Assembly (NCBI GenBank): GCA_035221665.1
Contig: CM069132.1
Coordinates: 63,178,001 to 63,242,000 of the forward strand
Reading direction: 5' to 3'
DNA: 64,000 nt
Source of the DNA: Okamejei kenojei
Taxonomy: Eukaryota
Positions 1 through 12,354 of this stretch are shown here, piece after piece (positions within the stretch are counted from its first letter, which is position 1; the number at the start of each line of letters is the position of its first letter). The translations under genes were made by a program, and so were the position numbers. The notes under the pieces were generated by a model. The model did not search any database. It had not been told where the DNA came from and was given only the letters and a program-made list of their open reading frames with translations.

Positions 1-309
1 TCCTCCGCTGAAATTGCCTGGATCTAATGACTGATATTCCTGGGACTGGGCAATTCCTGAGCATGGGCAGTTTTCCACTGAGTGGGGTCTGACTCACGAC
101 ACCGGCACTGTGATCATGGACCAATTTACATCAATTTGGGATTAAAAACTGGGATAAAAAAGAGAACATGCCTTTGCAGATCAGACAGGTTAATCTACTT
201 GCTAAACCTATGGCAGTTTAGACCTGGAATGTATACTAATTCCTTTTCATCCACTGACTTCCATCTGCAGATCCATGCAATTGCAAGGTTCAGCAATTCC
301 AACACACCA

Positions 310-480
310 GAATGAAAAAGGCTGCAGAGAATGGTGGACCAGCCTAATCCATCACAGCCCTCCCCTCCATCAAAAACAACTCCGTGACTGTGCCACTAGA
401 AGGTTGCATGTATCATCAAAATCCGGCACCATCCCGGCTCTGCCCTCTTCTTGCTGCTAACACTGGGAAGGAGGTAGACT
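310..480 (+). mobile_element. Degraded Rex1/Babar-type LINE ORF2 3' fragment
   Basis: Resembles the end of the Rex1/Babar ORF2 at 60516-60800 (IIKDPHHPGH..LLPSGRRYRS-like); heavily mutated. Confidence 0.55.
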
Positions 481-1083
481 CAGAATACTATCTACAATAA
501 TACATCTGTAGAAGTTTGTGAGTGCAGTTGGTACCAACCATGTGCAGGGGCCATGACAGGCCATCCGAGATATTAACACCCAGGTGGGTTCCAGAACCCG
601 GTGGTGTGGGATTTCAGGCCTGTACTTCCTGGGCACACTCCAAATCTATGGAAAACTATTTGCCCTATTATGGATTCATTTTCCAATTGTATTTTTACAC
701 AAATCTCTTGCCTTTGCGCCGTCGTTTTAGTTTTCGTTTCACAATCTTGCATAATTGATGTTTTTGTCTGTGAGCGCCTATGATGCTGCTGCAAGCGGGA
801 TTTTCACGCGTGCACCTGTATCTCACCTTCCTTGTGTATAATCTGACAATAAACTTGACCCGTCACCCGAGCAGACTGTATCCGCCCAGAGACTCGCCGG
901 GGCTCGGGAGACATGTGAGAGGCATTGCGTGGCTCCTTGACAATCTATCCAGTCATTTAAACTCATTACGTGCTGAGCGTGAGGACGTTAGTGATAACGA
1001 GCAAGCTGCTCCGTTCCGCAGCCGGCACAATAAGTGGGGAATGTCGTTTATCCCAGGACAAAACAAGCCTTGCTGACAATCTT

Positions 1084-1223
1084 GGGTACAAAAGGCTGGA
1101 GAAACTCGGCGGGTGCAGCAGCATCTAAGGAGCGAAGGAGATGGGCGACGTTTCTTCAGACGTTTCTCCAGCCTTTTGTGCACCCTCGATTTTGCAGCAT
1201 CTGCAGTTCCTTCTTTAACACAG
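1084..1223. mobile_element. Miniature PLE-terminus insertion with inverted halves, HHR core deleted
   Basis: Antisense block ggtacaaaaggctggagaaactcggcgggtgcagcagc followed by sense tail cagcatctgcagttccttcttta; flanked by tgacaatctt at 1074-1083 and 1227-1236. Confidence 0.8.
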
Positions 1224-1239
1224 TGGTGACAATCTTCCC

Positions 1240-1450
1240 GTCTTTGCCACGTTTCCGTGAAGTCGGGAGCGCCACCAAGGCCAGTAGTGTGCAGCGGGCG
1301 AGCCGACACCCGCCTCCCCGCCTCCCCTCGTCCCCAGCCGGCGAGCGCTCCGAGCAGAGCGGGCGCCATCCTCTGTCCGCTCGAAGTACCGACCGCAGCG
1401 CAGAGCACAGCTACACAGGCCAGTGCAATCTGGGACGGCTGCTAGCCTTG
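1240..1450. promoter_or_regulatory. Small CpG-rich element with GC boxes
   Basis: High CpG density and cccgcctccccgcctcccc GC boxes near 1309-1328; not recognisably a TE. Confidence 0.35.
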
Positions 1451-2837
1451 CTGAGCTGCTTCCAACACTTGGCGTTCAATTTCAACACACTACCTTTTGT
1501 GGCAGCTTCATTGCTGTAATTTCTAAATAATACAAGTATTTTGAGTAAGCAATAATAGTTCAACCCCACCAAAGGGACTGGGTTGCATCAGCCAGAACCG
1601 TTAAGATACCAACTCTTCACAATACCAAGTTTAAATATAACTGGTGCTTACATTTTCAGGTAAAATTAGTTAATCTAATGCTGCCGATGGAAAATTATTA
1701 TCCGCCACGTATCCACAAGAATGTAAGCATGCATGGTTATTAATGTGGGACTGAATAAAATCCAAAGGGTTTGATTTGTCTGACCTAATTAATTTAGGAT
1801 TTTGCTGCAATGTTTATGTTTAATCTAAAATAACAAGTACATTTTGAAGAAACATTGAGGTGTCTTCCCAAGCCATTAAACTTACAAAACACGATCCTTT
1901 ACTTGCACCATAAATTAATGGAGGAATATTTCAAGTCAAGATTATTTAATTGTTATTTCAAGTGTTGAAGTAATTTTCCACTATTTACATACATAAATTC
2001 CAGATGTATTATTAATTATTATTATTAAAAGAATCATGTAAAGACATGCAAACCAAGTTATTTAGTAAAACCCTTTCATTTTGTAGAAGGCATTTTAACT
2101 GGTGAGATATTTAACAGGTGGCAAATACTGGGTCAGTAATTGAGTTATTTATTTGATTATCTAACACAAACACATTTAAAAAGCTGAGAGGAGGCAATCA
2201 AGTAACCTGCTGCTTAAGTGTGCTTTCTGTTTATAGACTGCAAAACTATATGTTTTCACTATCATAGGCTTTAATAGAATGGGTTTCCATATAAATTAAT
2301 GGGGTTGAAAACAGTTCTTAAAAAACTATATACTTAATTGGACCAGACTGCTTTTTCTAATGAAAATTGAATCCAGGGACCACTCTAGGTAGTGATAAAA
2401 GTCTCTTAGTCTTTAACAAAGACTTATTATCAATACAAAGACATTGACATCCACTGCTATCTTGCTCATTCTCCCAGTCTCCCTGTTCCACCTGCATTGT
2501 ACAAGAGTACCTTCCACTTCTTATATGCACTTCCCTTTCCCAATGGAAGACTCCATCTCACTGTGGTTGAGGCTCCCGCTGTGTCTGTTAATCTCCTGCA
2601 CCTCTCCTTTCACGCCTATTCTTTTATCCCAGAGCTGCAACATGGTACTTCTTGATCCCATCTCACAGCCCAGTCAACCAGTTTTTTTGGTTTATGTTCA
2701 GGTTTATTATTGTCGCTTGTACCGAGGTCCAGTGAAAAGCGTTATTTTGCATGCTATCCAATCAAATCGGATAATACTGTACATAAATCCAATTGAGTCA
2801 AAGTCAAGTGCAACAGGTAAAACAAAGGGGAAGGTAC

Positions 2838-3920
2838 ATTATTTTTTATTATTAAATCGTGAAAACATTAGCGACACAGTGGTGCGTGCTTCCGATGGGC
2901 ACGATGACGGATGCACCACACATCTCTGTCCTCCATGCAGCTGGCAAGCTCCTCTTTTGTCTCTACAAATGAGTCTTCCATCAACATCTTCAGCACCGTC
3001 TTGATTGGCCGTCCCGGGTCACGTCTTCCATGGGTGGGTTCCCGCAGCACAACCATGTTTGCTGGCATTTCTTGGTGGCGGTGGCAGTGACTAGCGAATC
3101 TCATCCTTCTCAACCTGATCTTCTAGGTCAGAGGTGGAATCTCCCCGTAGGGCGTTGGTGCTGTGGTCCCTCCAACGGACATTTTGAACTTTTCTGAGCA
3201 TTTGGGTGTAATTACCATCGAGAGACTTGGACAGTGCTTGAGTGAGAGTCCATGCCTCACACCTGCACAATAATATGGTCTTTACAGTTGCATGGAAGAA
3301 TCTCAGTTTGAGACCCTTGGACATCCAAGATGTCCAGAGTTTCCCCCTGTTATTGAGGGCTTTCCATGCAAGCGCTTTCCGGACCTTGATGTCATTCTCC
3401 GAGCTCTGCAGCCTTGCTCCCATGTACTTAAAGTCCTCCACTTTCTTGAGAGATGAACTGCTACTGGTCTTGAGAGGCTCATGGTCACCAACGTTGAACA
3501 TCATGTACTCTGTCTTCTTGGCATTGAGGTGGAGGCCCACTTTCCTGCACTCCGTCTCGACCCTGCCGAGCAACTCGTGTGTCTACCTAATCTGGTCTGA
3601 CAGCAGGACGATGTCATCAGTGAAGTCAAGGTCTGACAAGTTGACTAGCCCGATTCTTCTCGAACGCCTTGGGGTGACTGCGAAGCCGAGGTCCTCATGT
3701 TCCTTGAGTGCCTGCCTCATGGCATAATCAAGGACAATGACGAAGAGAAAGGGTGCCATCATGTCTCCCTGTAGGATCTCCGCGAGGATCTCGAGCACTT
3801 TGCCCTTGCCATCCGGCGTGACAACCTTGGCCATGGTGCCCAAGTGCATATCCTCAACGGCTCTCAGGAGACGAGGAGGGATACAGCAAGCCTTCAAAAT
3901 CCTCATCATTTTGCATCGAG
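2838..3920 (-). mobile_element. 5'-truncated RTE-clade LINE (reverse transcriptase pseudogene)
   Basis: ORFs 3583-3909 (ILQGDMMAPFLFVIVLDY..DLDFTDDIVLLSD), 3091-3573 (VGLHLNAKKTEYM..VEDFKYMG..ILLCRCEAWTL) and 2868-3113 (GRRDPGRP..MEDRDVW) are consecutive frameshifted RTE RT/C-terminal motifs; (TAA)n-like tail near 2838-2854. Confidence 0.9.
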
Positions 3921-3929
3921 ACCAGAGAG

Positions 3930-5150
3930 CAGAATATAGTAGTTAGTGTTGAAGTATAACAGTTCCAGAGACAACGTTCAATGTCCACAAGGAGGTAGAT
4001 AATTGGACTGTTACCTTGCTTATGGAAGGGCTGTTCCGAAGCCTGATAGCAGTGGCAAATAAGTGTTCCAGAGGTCTGGAGGTGTGCGCTTTTAAGATTC
4101 AGTATTTTCTGCTCCACATTATATGGATCATGCTTTGCCATTTCCCTCAGCTCCAGGGTGATGACATAATTCAGTGTCTCTTTCATATCCTTGCCCCATC
4201 AGTCTTCTGAAGAGACCACTCTGGGAACACACTTTCCGAGAGTGTCACCAATCCATTCCTGGTTCACACCATTCCCTGCTTCCCATTACCCGCTTCCTGT
4301 GCCACCACCCTGTCCAAAGGTAGGAGATGTGCTGCCTTGCAGAAGATCTACCTTCACATTGTGCAGACCACGACATTCTTTCAAACAATGACAGATAAAT
4401 CTAACTGGCTTCTGATAATGGGGTTGTGGACCACGGTGAGATTAATGACTGCTATGTGCTTCTGTCAGGCTGCAAACCCAAATCAAAGCTTCAGCTCACT
4501 TACCAAGCCATTTTTCCCACTCTTATCTCCGTATCCTTTGTCTCCTGCGCTGGTCCAATGAGACTCAACTTTAACTTGAGAAGTAGTCAAGCACAATGCG
4601 TTCTAAAATGGACACGAAGTGCTGGAGTAAGGTCAGGCTGCATCTCGAGTGAACATGGATAGGTGGTGTTTCGGGTGGGGACCCTTCTTCATACTGATTT
4701 ACCAATCAGTCTGACCCGAAACATCACCGATCCATGTTCTCCAGAGATGCTGCCTGATGTGCTGAGTTACTCCGGCACTTTGTGTATTTTTGTGTAAACC
4801 AGCACTTGCAGCGCTTTAGTTCCACATAATGCATTTTTATTGATTCTGCTAATGATATTCGTACCTCCTCTGAACCTTGTTCTATTATCTCTCTTCGTCC
4901 GGCGGTATCACTCCGTTATCATTTAATCTCTCCTCCCTCCATTTTATGATGCACCTCTGCTGTTCTTTCCTCTTGGCCTCTTTTCTCTAGATCCTAAAAC
5001 TTGTTTATCTCTAATGTTCCACACTTCCGAGGAAAGAGCATGGTGCTGAGTTTCTGTCTCGTCCTTCTCAGATGCTGCCTCACCCGATGAGCACCTACAG
5101 CCATTGTCGATTATATGTCAATATCTGCAGCACTTTGCTTTCCTGTCAAG
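3930..5150 (+). mobile_element. Old degraded Penelope-like element remnant (contains a younger insertion)
   Basis: Weak resemblance to the PLE ORF end and terminus (cagatgctgcctcacccgatgagc near 5068-5092). Confidence 0.35.
4610..4825. mobile_element. Miniature PLE-terminus insertion, inverted halves
   Basis: Antisense ...tttcgggtggggacccttcttcatactga then sense cagtctgacccgaaacatcacc...gagttactccggcactttgtgt. Confidence 0.75.
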
Positions 5151-5409
5151 AACAGCGAGCTGCTGTGAGGTAGAAACCAGGCATAACAGGGTAGATGGCC
5201 CACTATGATGAACTAACTTTGGTTTTACATGAAAACACCAACAATTTCTCAATCTACTGCAGAGAAGCACAGACAAAAATCTGGTCGTTGGATTTATTTA
5301 TCTGGTGGCGTCTTGGTTCGTCCCAAGTGACCGATGATGACTAACTTCATCAATATACCATGTAGCACACACTCAATGACATGTGGGCAAACTGATACAG
5401 TGACAATGT

Positions 5410-5585
5410 TGTGTGTGAGCGCGCGTGAGTGTGTGTATGAAAATATGAGTGTGTATATAAGTGTGTATGAGATAATATGAGTGTGTGTTTGTGAGTGTGT
5501 GTGTATGTGAGCGTGGGTGTGTGCTTGTATGTGAGAGTGAGTGTGTAAGCGTGAGTTGTGTGTGAGCGTGTGTAAGAGTGTGTGG
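5410..5585. repeat. Imperfect (TG)n-rich microsatellite
   Basis: gtgtgtgagcgcgcgtgagtgtgtgtatg... visible directly. Confidence 0.9.
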
Positions 5586-5854
5586 GGGAAGTGGTTGTTA
5601 CACGGAGATACATTTAGTGTATCAGAGATTTTTATCTCTTGGTTTTCATTTTACAGATGTTTTTTTTCTCGCATTCTCCGTACACTGAGGTCTTCAGAAC
5701 TGAGCTTGCTGTTTAAAGATGCGCATATCTTATCTTTTTTAACGGGGGATAAAACGAATTGTAGCTTTTTACAGATCAGTGCATTTACGAACCTTTTTTG
5801 GCAGCGATAAATGTAAAAACAAGCGTCTGCAATGGGAATATACACAAAATGCTG

Positions 5855-7190
5855 GGGTAAGGTAGACAAAAATGCTGGAGAAACTCAGCGGGTGCAGCAG
5901 CATCTATGGAGCGAAGGAAATAGGCAACGTTTCGGGCTGAAACCCTTCTTCAGACTGATGGAGAGTGGGGGCGGGGAGAAGAAAGGAAAAAGGAGGAGGA
6001 GGAGCCCGAGGGCTGAGGGAGTGCTAGGAAGTGGAGGAGACAGCAAGGGCTAACGAAATTGGGAGAATTCAATATTCAGGCCACCGGGATGCAGACTGCC
6101 CAAGCGGAATATGAGGTGCTGGTCCTCCAATTTCCGGTGTTGCTCACTCTGGCCATGGAAGAGGCCCAGGACAGAGAGGAATGGGAGGGGGAGTTGAAGT
6201 CAAGAGCGAAACTCACTATCAAAACATGGAGGGGACCGGGGGACAGAATATTTTGGCAGCCGCGCACACTCACACACACATGCGCGAGGCTTTGGAGGCT
6301 CAATGCAGCACTAAATGCAGCTCAACTCTGCCTGTCTCACCGGGTTAACCTACAGCCCTGACTGGACTGACGGGACACCAGCACTGCTGCTTCACGCTGG
6401 CCATATTTCCCGCAAGCCCAGGCAGGTTAACCAGGCACAGTTGAGCTGGGTTTAGCGCTGTTTCTCTGCGCTGGCTGTGGGCCTGGGAGTGCAGCTCACG
6501 TCTGACTCCCGACCTCTCTGGCCCCCCGTGGGGGTGGGGTGGGCACTCGGGTGGGGACGGGACAGCGCCGGAGACCCGGGATCGATCCTGGCTGTGGATG
6601 AGAAGTGCTCAGCCACCGGGAGGTCAGGTTGGTTAATGCGGACCGAGCGGAGGTGTTCGGCGAAACGATCGCCAACACCGATATAGATCAGCTGACATCT
6701 AGAGCAGCGGATGCAATAGATGAGGTTGGAGGAGATGCAGGTGAACCTCTGTCGCACCTGGAACGACTGCTTGGGTCCTTGAATGGAGTCGAGGGGGGAG
6801 GTAAAGTGACAAGTGTAGCATCTCTTGCGGTTGCAAGGGAAAGTGTCCGGGGAGGGGGTGGTGCGGGGGGAAGGGAAGAATTGACAAGGAAGTTACAGAG
6901 GGAGCGGTCTTTGCGGAAAGCAGACGGGGGGGGGGGGGGGGGGGGGGGGGAGATGGGAAGATGTGGCGAGTGGTGGGGTCACGTTGGAGGTGGCGAAACT
7001 GACGGAGGACTATTTGTTGTATGTGAAGGCTAGTGAGGTGAAAGGTGAGGACTAGGAGGACTCTGCCCTTGTTGCGAGTGGGGGATGGGGAGAGAGAGCA
7101 GTGTTACGGGGTATGGAAGAGACCCTGGTTCGCGCCTCATCTATAGTAGGGGAGGGGAACCCCTGTTCCCTGAAGAATGAGGACAGGGGG
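5855..7190 (-). mobile_element. Neptune-type Penelope-like retroelement 3' fragment (GIY-YIG endonuclease, 3' UTR, HHR-bearing terminus), interrupted at ~6200-6590
   Basis: ORF 6452-6757 gives FTCISSNLIYCIRCSRCQLIYIG..DRFAEHLRSV..PVAEHF (GIY-YIG with CxxC); 6805-6847 (-) translates DTFPCNRKRCYTCHF, a Cys-rich linker typical of the Neptune group; HHR motif on the same strand at 5926-5953. Confidence 0.85.
5926..5953 (-). ncRNA. Minimal hammerhead ribozyme motif in PLE terminus (GUU triplet)
   Basis: Minus strand reads CUGAAGA-A-GGGU-UUCA-GCCC-GAAAC-GUU. Confidence 0.6.
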
Positions 7191-7191
7191 A

Positions 7192-7415
7192 CAGGACAAA
7201 TACTGGAGTAACACCACTGGTCAGCCAGCATCTCTGGAGAAGGAATAGGTGACGTTTCGGGTCCAGACCCTCAGGGGTCTCAGTTTGAAGAAGGGTCTCA
7301 ACGCGAAACGTCACCCATTCCTTCTCTCCAGAGATGCTGCCTGGCCGGCTGAGTTAGTCCAGCATTCTGTGTCCATCTTCGGTGTAAACCAGCATCTGCA
7401 GTTCCTTCCTGCACA
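7192..7415. mobile_element. Miniature PLE-terminus insertion, inverted halves, mutated HHR
   Basis: Antisense ...gtgacgtttcgggtccagaccct then sense cagtttgaagaagggtctcaacgcgaaacgtcacccattcc...cagcatctgcagttccttcc. Confidence 0.8.
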
Positions 7416-8659
7416 TTTTGGCTGCAGCGAGCATCACTGGATTGTCACAAGCCCCGGCAGCGCAAGGGTTACTGCGCTGCTCCGCCTCGGAGCAAGTCAT
7501 ACGCGGTGTTAGAGAGACCCCTAGCGCTCCTTCTGCGAACCAGCAACCACCCACGTCCCCGGCAAAACACAGGGGGCTGCGGGATCCCGTCCCCAGCAAG
7601 GGCCCGCCCAGCTTTCCATTTTCTTCAATTCAATTACAGTTGCTTGAACACTTATTGATTATTTTATTTCAGAAATGCAATTCTCTGTGATGGAAGAAAA
7701 ATGGGGCAATTGTAAGCAAACGTTTATTAAATTGCTGGCATCTTTGTCAAGGTGCGAATTAATCATCACAATTACAAGAAATTAGGATTTCGTTAAGGTC
7801 TGTATATATAACCCGAGTTATTAGATGTCAGATGTTACTTTAATAGTTGCTCTTTGACAAGAACTCGCTCCATACAAGGCATGATCTGCTGTCCGGTAGA
7901 TAAAGTGATTGCTCTCCAAACAGGTGGTCTTGCGCCCGAGACCTGGGGCAGGCAGGCAGGCAGTTATTTGAGCTTGTCGGCATTTTGTAGTTGGAATTAA
8001 CGACCCTGTATTTTTCTCATGGTAATTAGAGAAGGCAATGCAATAAAACCCGGAATCCGGCTCGGGGCATATTGGAGACAGGTAAAGTTGAATTTTAAAC
8101 ACATCCCTTTCAATTATAGAGTAGCGACTGCAGGTGTGGATCTGGATTTTAAAGACCAAGCATGCATTTTACTGTCTCCACCGCCACACCCTCGACCATC
8201 AAAGTTTATACATTTTGCATTTTTTAACTTTCACCTAGTTTAATTTTCTTTCTTTATTTTATCCCGAAAACAACCACTTAATTGAAAGTGTAATTCTGGG
8301 AACAGGCCCATGTCAAATGGTCGTTCCGTTTGGAAATCGAGCTGTTTTAGAGTTAATTTACAGTTGGTATCTGGGTGGGGGAGGGACTGTCTGCATGTAT
8401 TTGCACATAGAAGGCAGGGGATAGAAGCAGGCAAAATATTCGTACTAAAGAAGAAGATATTAATGAGGGTGATGCTAACTAATTGTAAGGAGAGTATGAA
8501 GGAGGACGGGGAGTTGGAGGGCAGAGTAGTAAGAATATGAAGTCCCAGGATGAGGTGAACCCCTTTATTTGAAGACACTGGCCAGGTGTCAGGACAATGG
8601 ATTTTCAAGATGCCACAATTAGAGTGACAATCTGGAGTCGTGAGTATTACATCGAAGAA

Positions 8660-8860
8660 CACAAGAAAAAATGGAGCAGGTGTAGGCCACCTGGCCCCTC
8701 AAGCCTGCCCCACCATTCACTGTGATCATGGTTGATTTGACCCGGACTCCTTGTCCCACTTTCCTAGTGCGATCTTGCAAAAATGTATCCATCTCCAGTA
8801 CCTCCACAACTCCCTGCACTGATAATCCCAGAAATTCACACCTCTGTAAGAAGTAATCTC
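8660..8860 (-). mobile_element. CR1-type LINE 3' UTR fragment
   Basis: ggagcaggtgtaggccacctggcccctcaagcctg..cattcactgtgatcatgg matches the CR1 3' ends at 10649 and 14379. Confidence 0.65.
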
Positions 8861-8994
8861 ACTAGGTAGGGGGAAATTCATCAGATACTTGTATTTAAGA
8901 GTAGGATTTTCAAAATGGAGCTGTTGGAGGACAGGGAGCCAATGTAAAGGACCAAGGGTGCAGATGATGGGTAAGGAGACAGAAATATTTGGAT

Positions 8995-9550
8995 TCTGAT
9001 TCAGATGAATTTGTTGTCACTTCCACAAGGATGCAATGAAATTCTTTGTCCGCATGAAGTTCACAGACTAAATAGTGTACATGGTAATGATTAATACAAC
9101 AATAAATACAACAACCGGTGCAAAACAGCAGAATGGTTCAAAGATTGCAGTGAAATTTGAAACTGCAAAAATAACTAAAGTGCATTAAAGATGCAACTCT
9201 TAGTTAAGAGTAGGATTTCAGTGAAAGAGTTGAATAGTTCAGCAGTTTGGTAGCAGTGGGGAAGAAGCTGTTATTATGTTTGGATGTCAAGACTTTCAAG
9301 TTCCTGTATCTTCTCCAAGAAGGTAAAGGAGAGAAAAGGGATTGGCCAGGGTGGCAGGCACCCTTGACGATACTTCTAACCTTCCTGATGCAATGCACAG
9401 TGAAGTTGGACTAGACGGAAGGCAGTGATGAGCATGTGATGGATGGAGCAGTGTTCACCACTCTCTGCAGATTCAGGTGGTCAAGAGCAGAACAGTAGCC
9501 ATACCAGGCTGAGATCCATCTCTCAGAATACTTATTCTTGTGCATCTGTA
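8995..9550 (-). mobile_element. Rex1/Babar-type LINE 3' fragment
   Basis: ORF 9204-9398 (SIVKGACHPGQSLFSPLPSWRRYR..NSFFP) and 9411-9632 (SAWYG..LQRVVNTA). Confidence 0.75.
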
Positions 9551-10648
9551 ATGTAGATACTGAAATGTAGGCAATAAGATTAAGTATGAGGATTAAAATA
9601 GAAGGGTTGTTTCCTATTGTTGAATAGTTCATTGCTCTTTGTTGCTTCTTTCATTGACACCCGTGGAACTATAATCCAGCTGAAATCAACACTAATTTGA
9701 GAGGAAATTGGGGAAAAAATGGGAGGGAACCAAAATAAAGTATTTGGTTAGAACTCTGAATAGACAAGGGCATCCAGCATTGCTGGGTCTAGGCCCTAGA
9801 ACTTCCAAACCAGCAACATAGGAAATGCCTTCAACAGATGGACCTTGGGAAGGTGGCTCACCATTACCCATTCAATTGTAATTTGGGATGGGCAATAAAT
9901 GCTGTTCTTGCCAGTGAAAAATCAATTTGCAAAATCTGTTTTAGAAAAAAACAAACAAAAAAAAATCAAGGGATCTGGATATTTAAATTTCTCTGCAATA
10001 TTTCACTTAACACTTAGCCCCATCTGGCTTCATCTATGAGCCAAGTGAGTAATTTTTGTCAGGCCATTTAACATAAGCAACCATCGCAACTTTTGCAGCA
10101 CTTCATTTCTGGACAGATAAGTTCCAGATCTTATCCATGGCACACATTGCATCCTTTAACTCCATACAAAACCATGGCAATTGCTCCAAGGCAACATTTC
10201 ATGCTATTGGAACAGGTACAAGCTTCTCATATTAGAGAGTGATTTTTTTTACAGGAGAGGAGGACTTCCACGAATAGTTTATTACTAATTTGCTTGCTTC
10301 CCTTTGAACGTATCATTGCAGTAATTCCTGGTAAATACACAAGAGTTTGCTCCAATCTATCCTGAAGATATCTACTTTGCTAATATCTACAGCAGCCAAA
10401 TAGTTTAATGTGGGAATTCCTTTGGAAAGAACAGCAATGTTTCTAAACCAAGTGAGAGAAAGATCTTTATCCTGCAGAATAGATTATAGCTTCTACGAAA
10501 ATGCCGTTTATATATCTGCTATTAGTCACAATGAATGAGAAGTAGTGGAAGAAAGCTTTCAGTGCCTAAGCAAATTACCGGTCACCATGCCTCTCAACTC
10601 ATCATTGGAGACACACCTGTCCATATTCCCCAGAAATGCTGCCTGACC

Positions 10649-10970
10649 TAGAAACATAGAAACATAGAAAATAGGTGCAGGAGGAGGCCATTTGGCCCTT
10701 CGAGCCAGCACCTCCATTCATTGTGATCATGGCTGATCGTCCCCTATCAATAATCCGTGCCTGCCTTCTCCCCACATCCCTTGACTCCACTAGCCCCTAG
10801 AGCTCTATCTAACTCTCTTTTAAATACATTCAGTGATTTGGCCTCCACTGCCCTATGTGGCAGGGAATTCCATAAATTCACAACTCTCTGGGTGAAAACA
10901 TTTTTTTCTCACCTCAGTCTTAAATGACCTCTCCTTTATTCTAAGACTGTGGTCCCCGGTTCTGGACTCG
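10649..10970 (-). mobile_element. CR1-type LINE 3' end inserted into a PLE-terminus fragment
   Basis: (TAGAAACA)n tail plus ataggtgcaggaggaggccatttggcccttcgagcc; nearly identical to 14379-14700. Confidence 0.9.
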
Positions 10971-12354
10971 TGGCACTTTGTGTTTTATCTTAAATCTCAT
11001 TTTTTGCCTCTAGGAGCATAGCAATGACTGTTAATGCCACTGGGCTTTCTCAAAGAGTTACTGAGAAAAATGAACAGTTCCCAATAATCTGAGCACAGAT
11101 ACAGCAATGGCAGAATCCTTATTTGACTGGGAAATGCATGCATGGTTTTGTCCGTGAAAGGAGAAACAAATGCCAATGAACTGGACATCTTTATCCAATG
11201 GGACTTCTCTACCTTGTGTCTCCTGATGCCAGTAGAAATGTGATCTCAATCATTAAGTTGAAATAATGTTTTATTTACTGTGGTGGATCTGTAAGTGCAT
11301 AAACCCGCATACTAATCTGTGTGATTACGTTGATCAATTGTGTGACAAGAAAGGTAGCCTTGCATTTAGATAGAAATGTCCATGTAAATTCATACACAAT
11401 TAAAACAAAATTGCTGGAAATACTCAGGTGGTAGGTAGCATCTGCAGAGAGACAGGAGCAACATTTCAGATTGATGATCTTTCAGTGGAACTGGCTTTAG
11501 AATCTGGTGTTGCTTGTTTCGCCTTTGCAGTTACAGAATTACTTTCAGGACATCTCAATGCTAATAATGGAACTCATGAAGTCATTGGTGACAGGTAGGA
11601 AACATGGCAGGCATTTAATTTACAATCTACAAGCTTCTTCAAATGAATTATGATAATGAAGAATTGAGCTGCCCTCTGGTATTGCTGCAGGGATGTACTA
11701 TTCTGCTTTCTTTAAAATGGAGCCATGACGTTCAATTAGTAGAATTCTCCAATTCCATACTTCCTTGGAAGGACAAGACTGCTGATTGTGTTGATGTGGA
11801 ATTTTATTGTGGGCAAGTGGTGAAACAGATTGAAGGGCAACATTTTGTAGCCGGCTCGGTTAGTTGTTGTATGTTACCGAATTACTTAACCTGTGTGGTG
11901 TCCATTTGTTGGAATTGAGTGCCAACTTTCAGATGTATACCAAAACTCTCATGCTATGCTCTGAATACGCAAACACACAGCTCTCTGTAGAGTCATGCCC
12001 ATTCAGTGCATTGTTCATGTTACTAGGGAGCACCCCGATCTGGTATCAGCTGTCTTTGCAGAGTTATGTTGGTAGCTCTGTATCATTGTACAGAGAAGCA
12101 GATATGTTGATGCAAATATGTTGATGCAAACTATTTGGGCGTCATTCTTCACAAGCTTATCTTAATCAGCTGTTCATATACTGTGCTACATGATAGCACA
12201 TCCAAAATCTCAACCCTCAAAGGGATCAAATGAGCAACTGACTTGGAAATATATTGGCACTTCTTTATTGTTGCTGCCCATTCAAATTCATTGGGCAGTA
12301 CCTTCACCAGCAGAGTTGCAGCTGTTCAAAGAGGCAGCTCAACAACTTATTCTA

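Noticed and set aside
2444-3004. 186-aa ORF
   Set aside because: Runs across several unrelated TE remnants and the antisense strand of the RTE end
5200-5350. C/D-box snoRNA (ATGATGA motifs)
   Set aside because: No appropriately placed D box or terminal stem found
6925-6950. Poly-G/poly-C runs (also near 13225, 18325, 31856 and 31946) as functional G-quadruplex elements
   Set aside because: Simple homopolymers, several inside TE fragments, with unreliable length; no independent support
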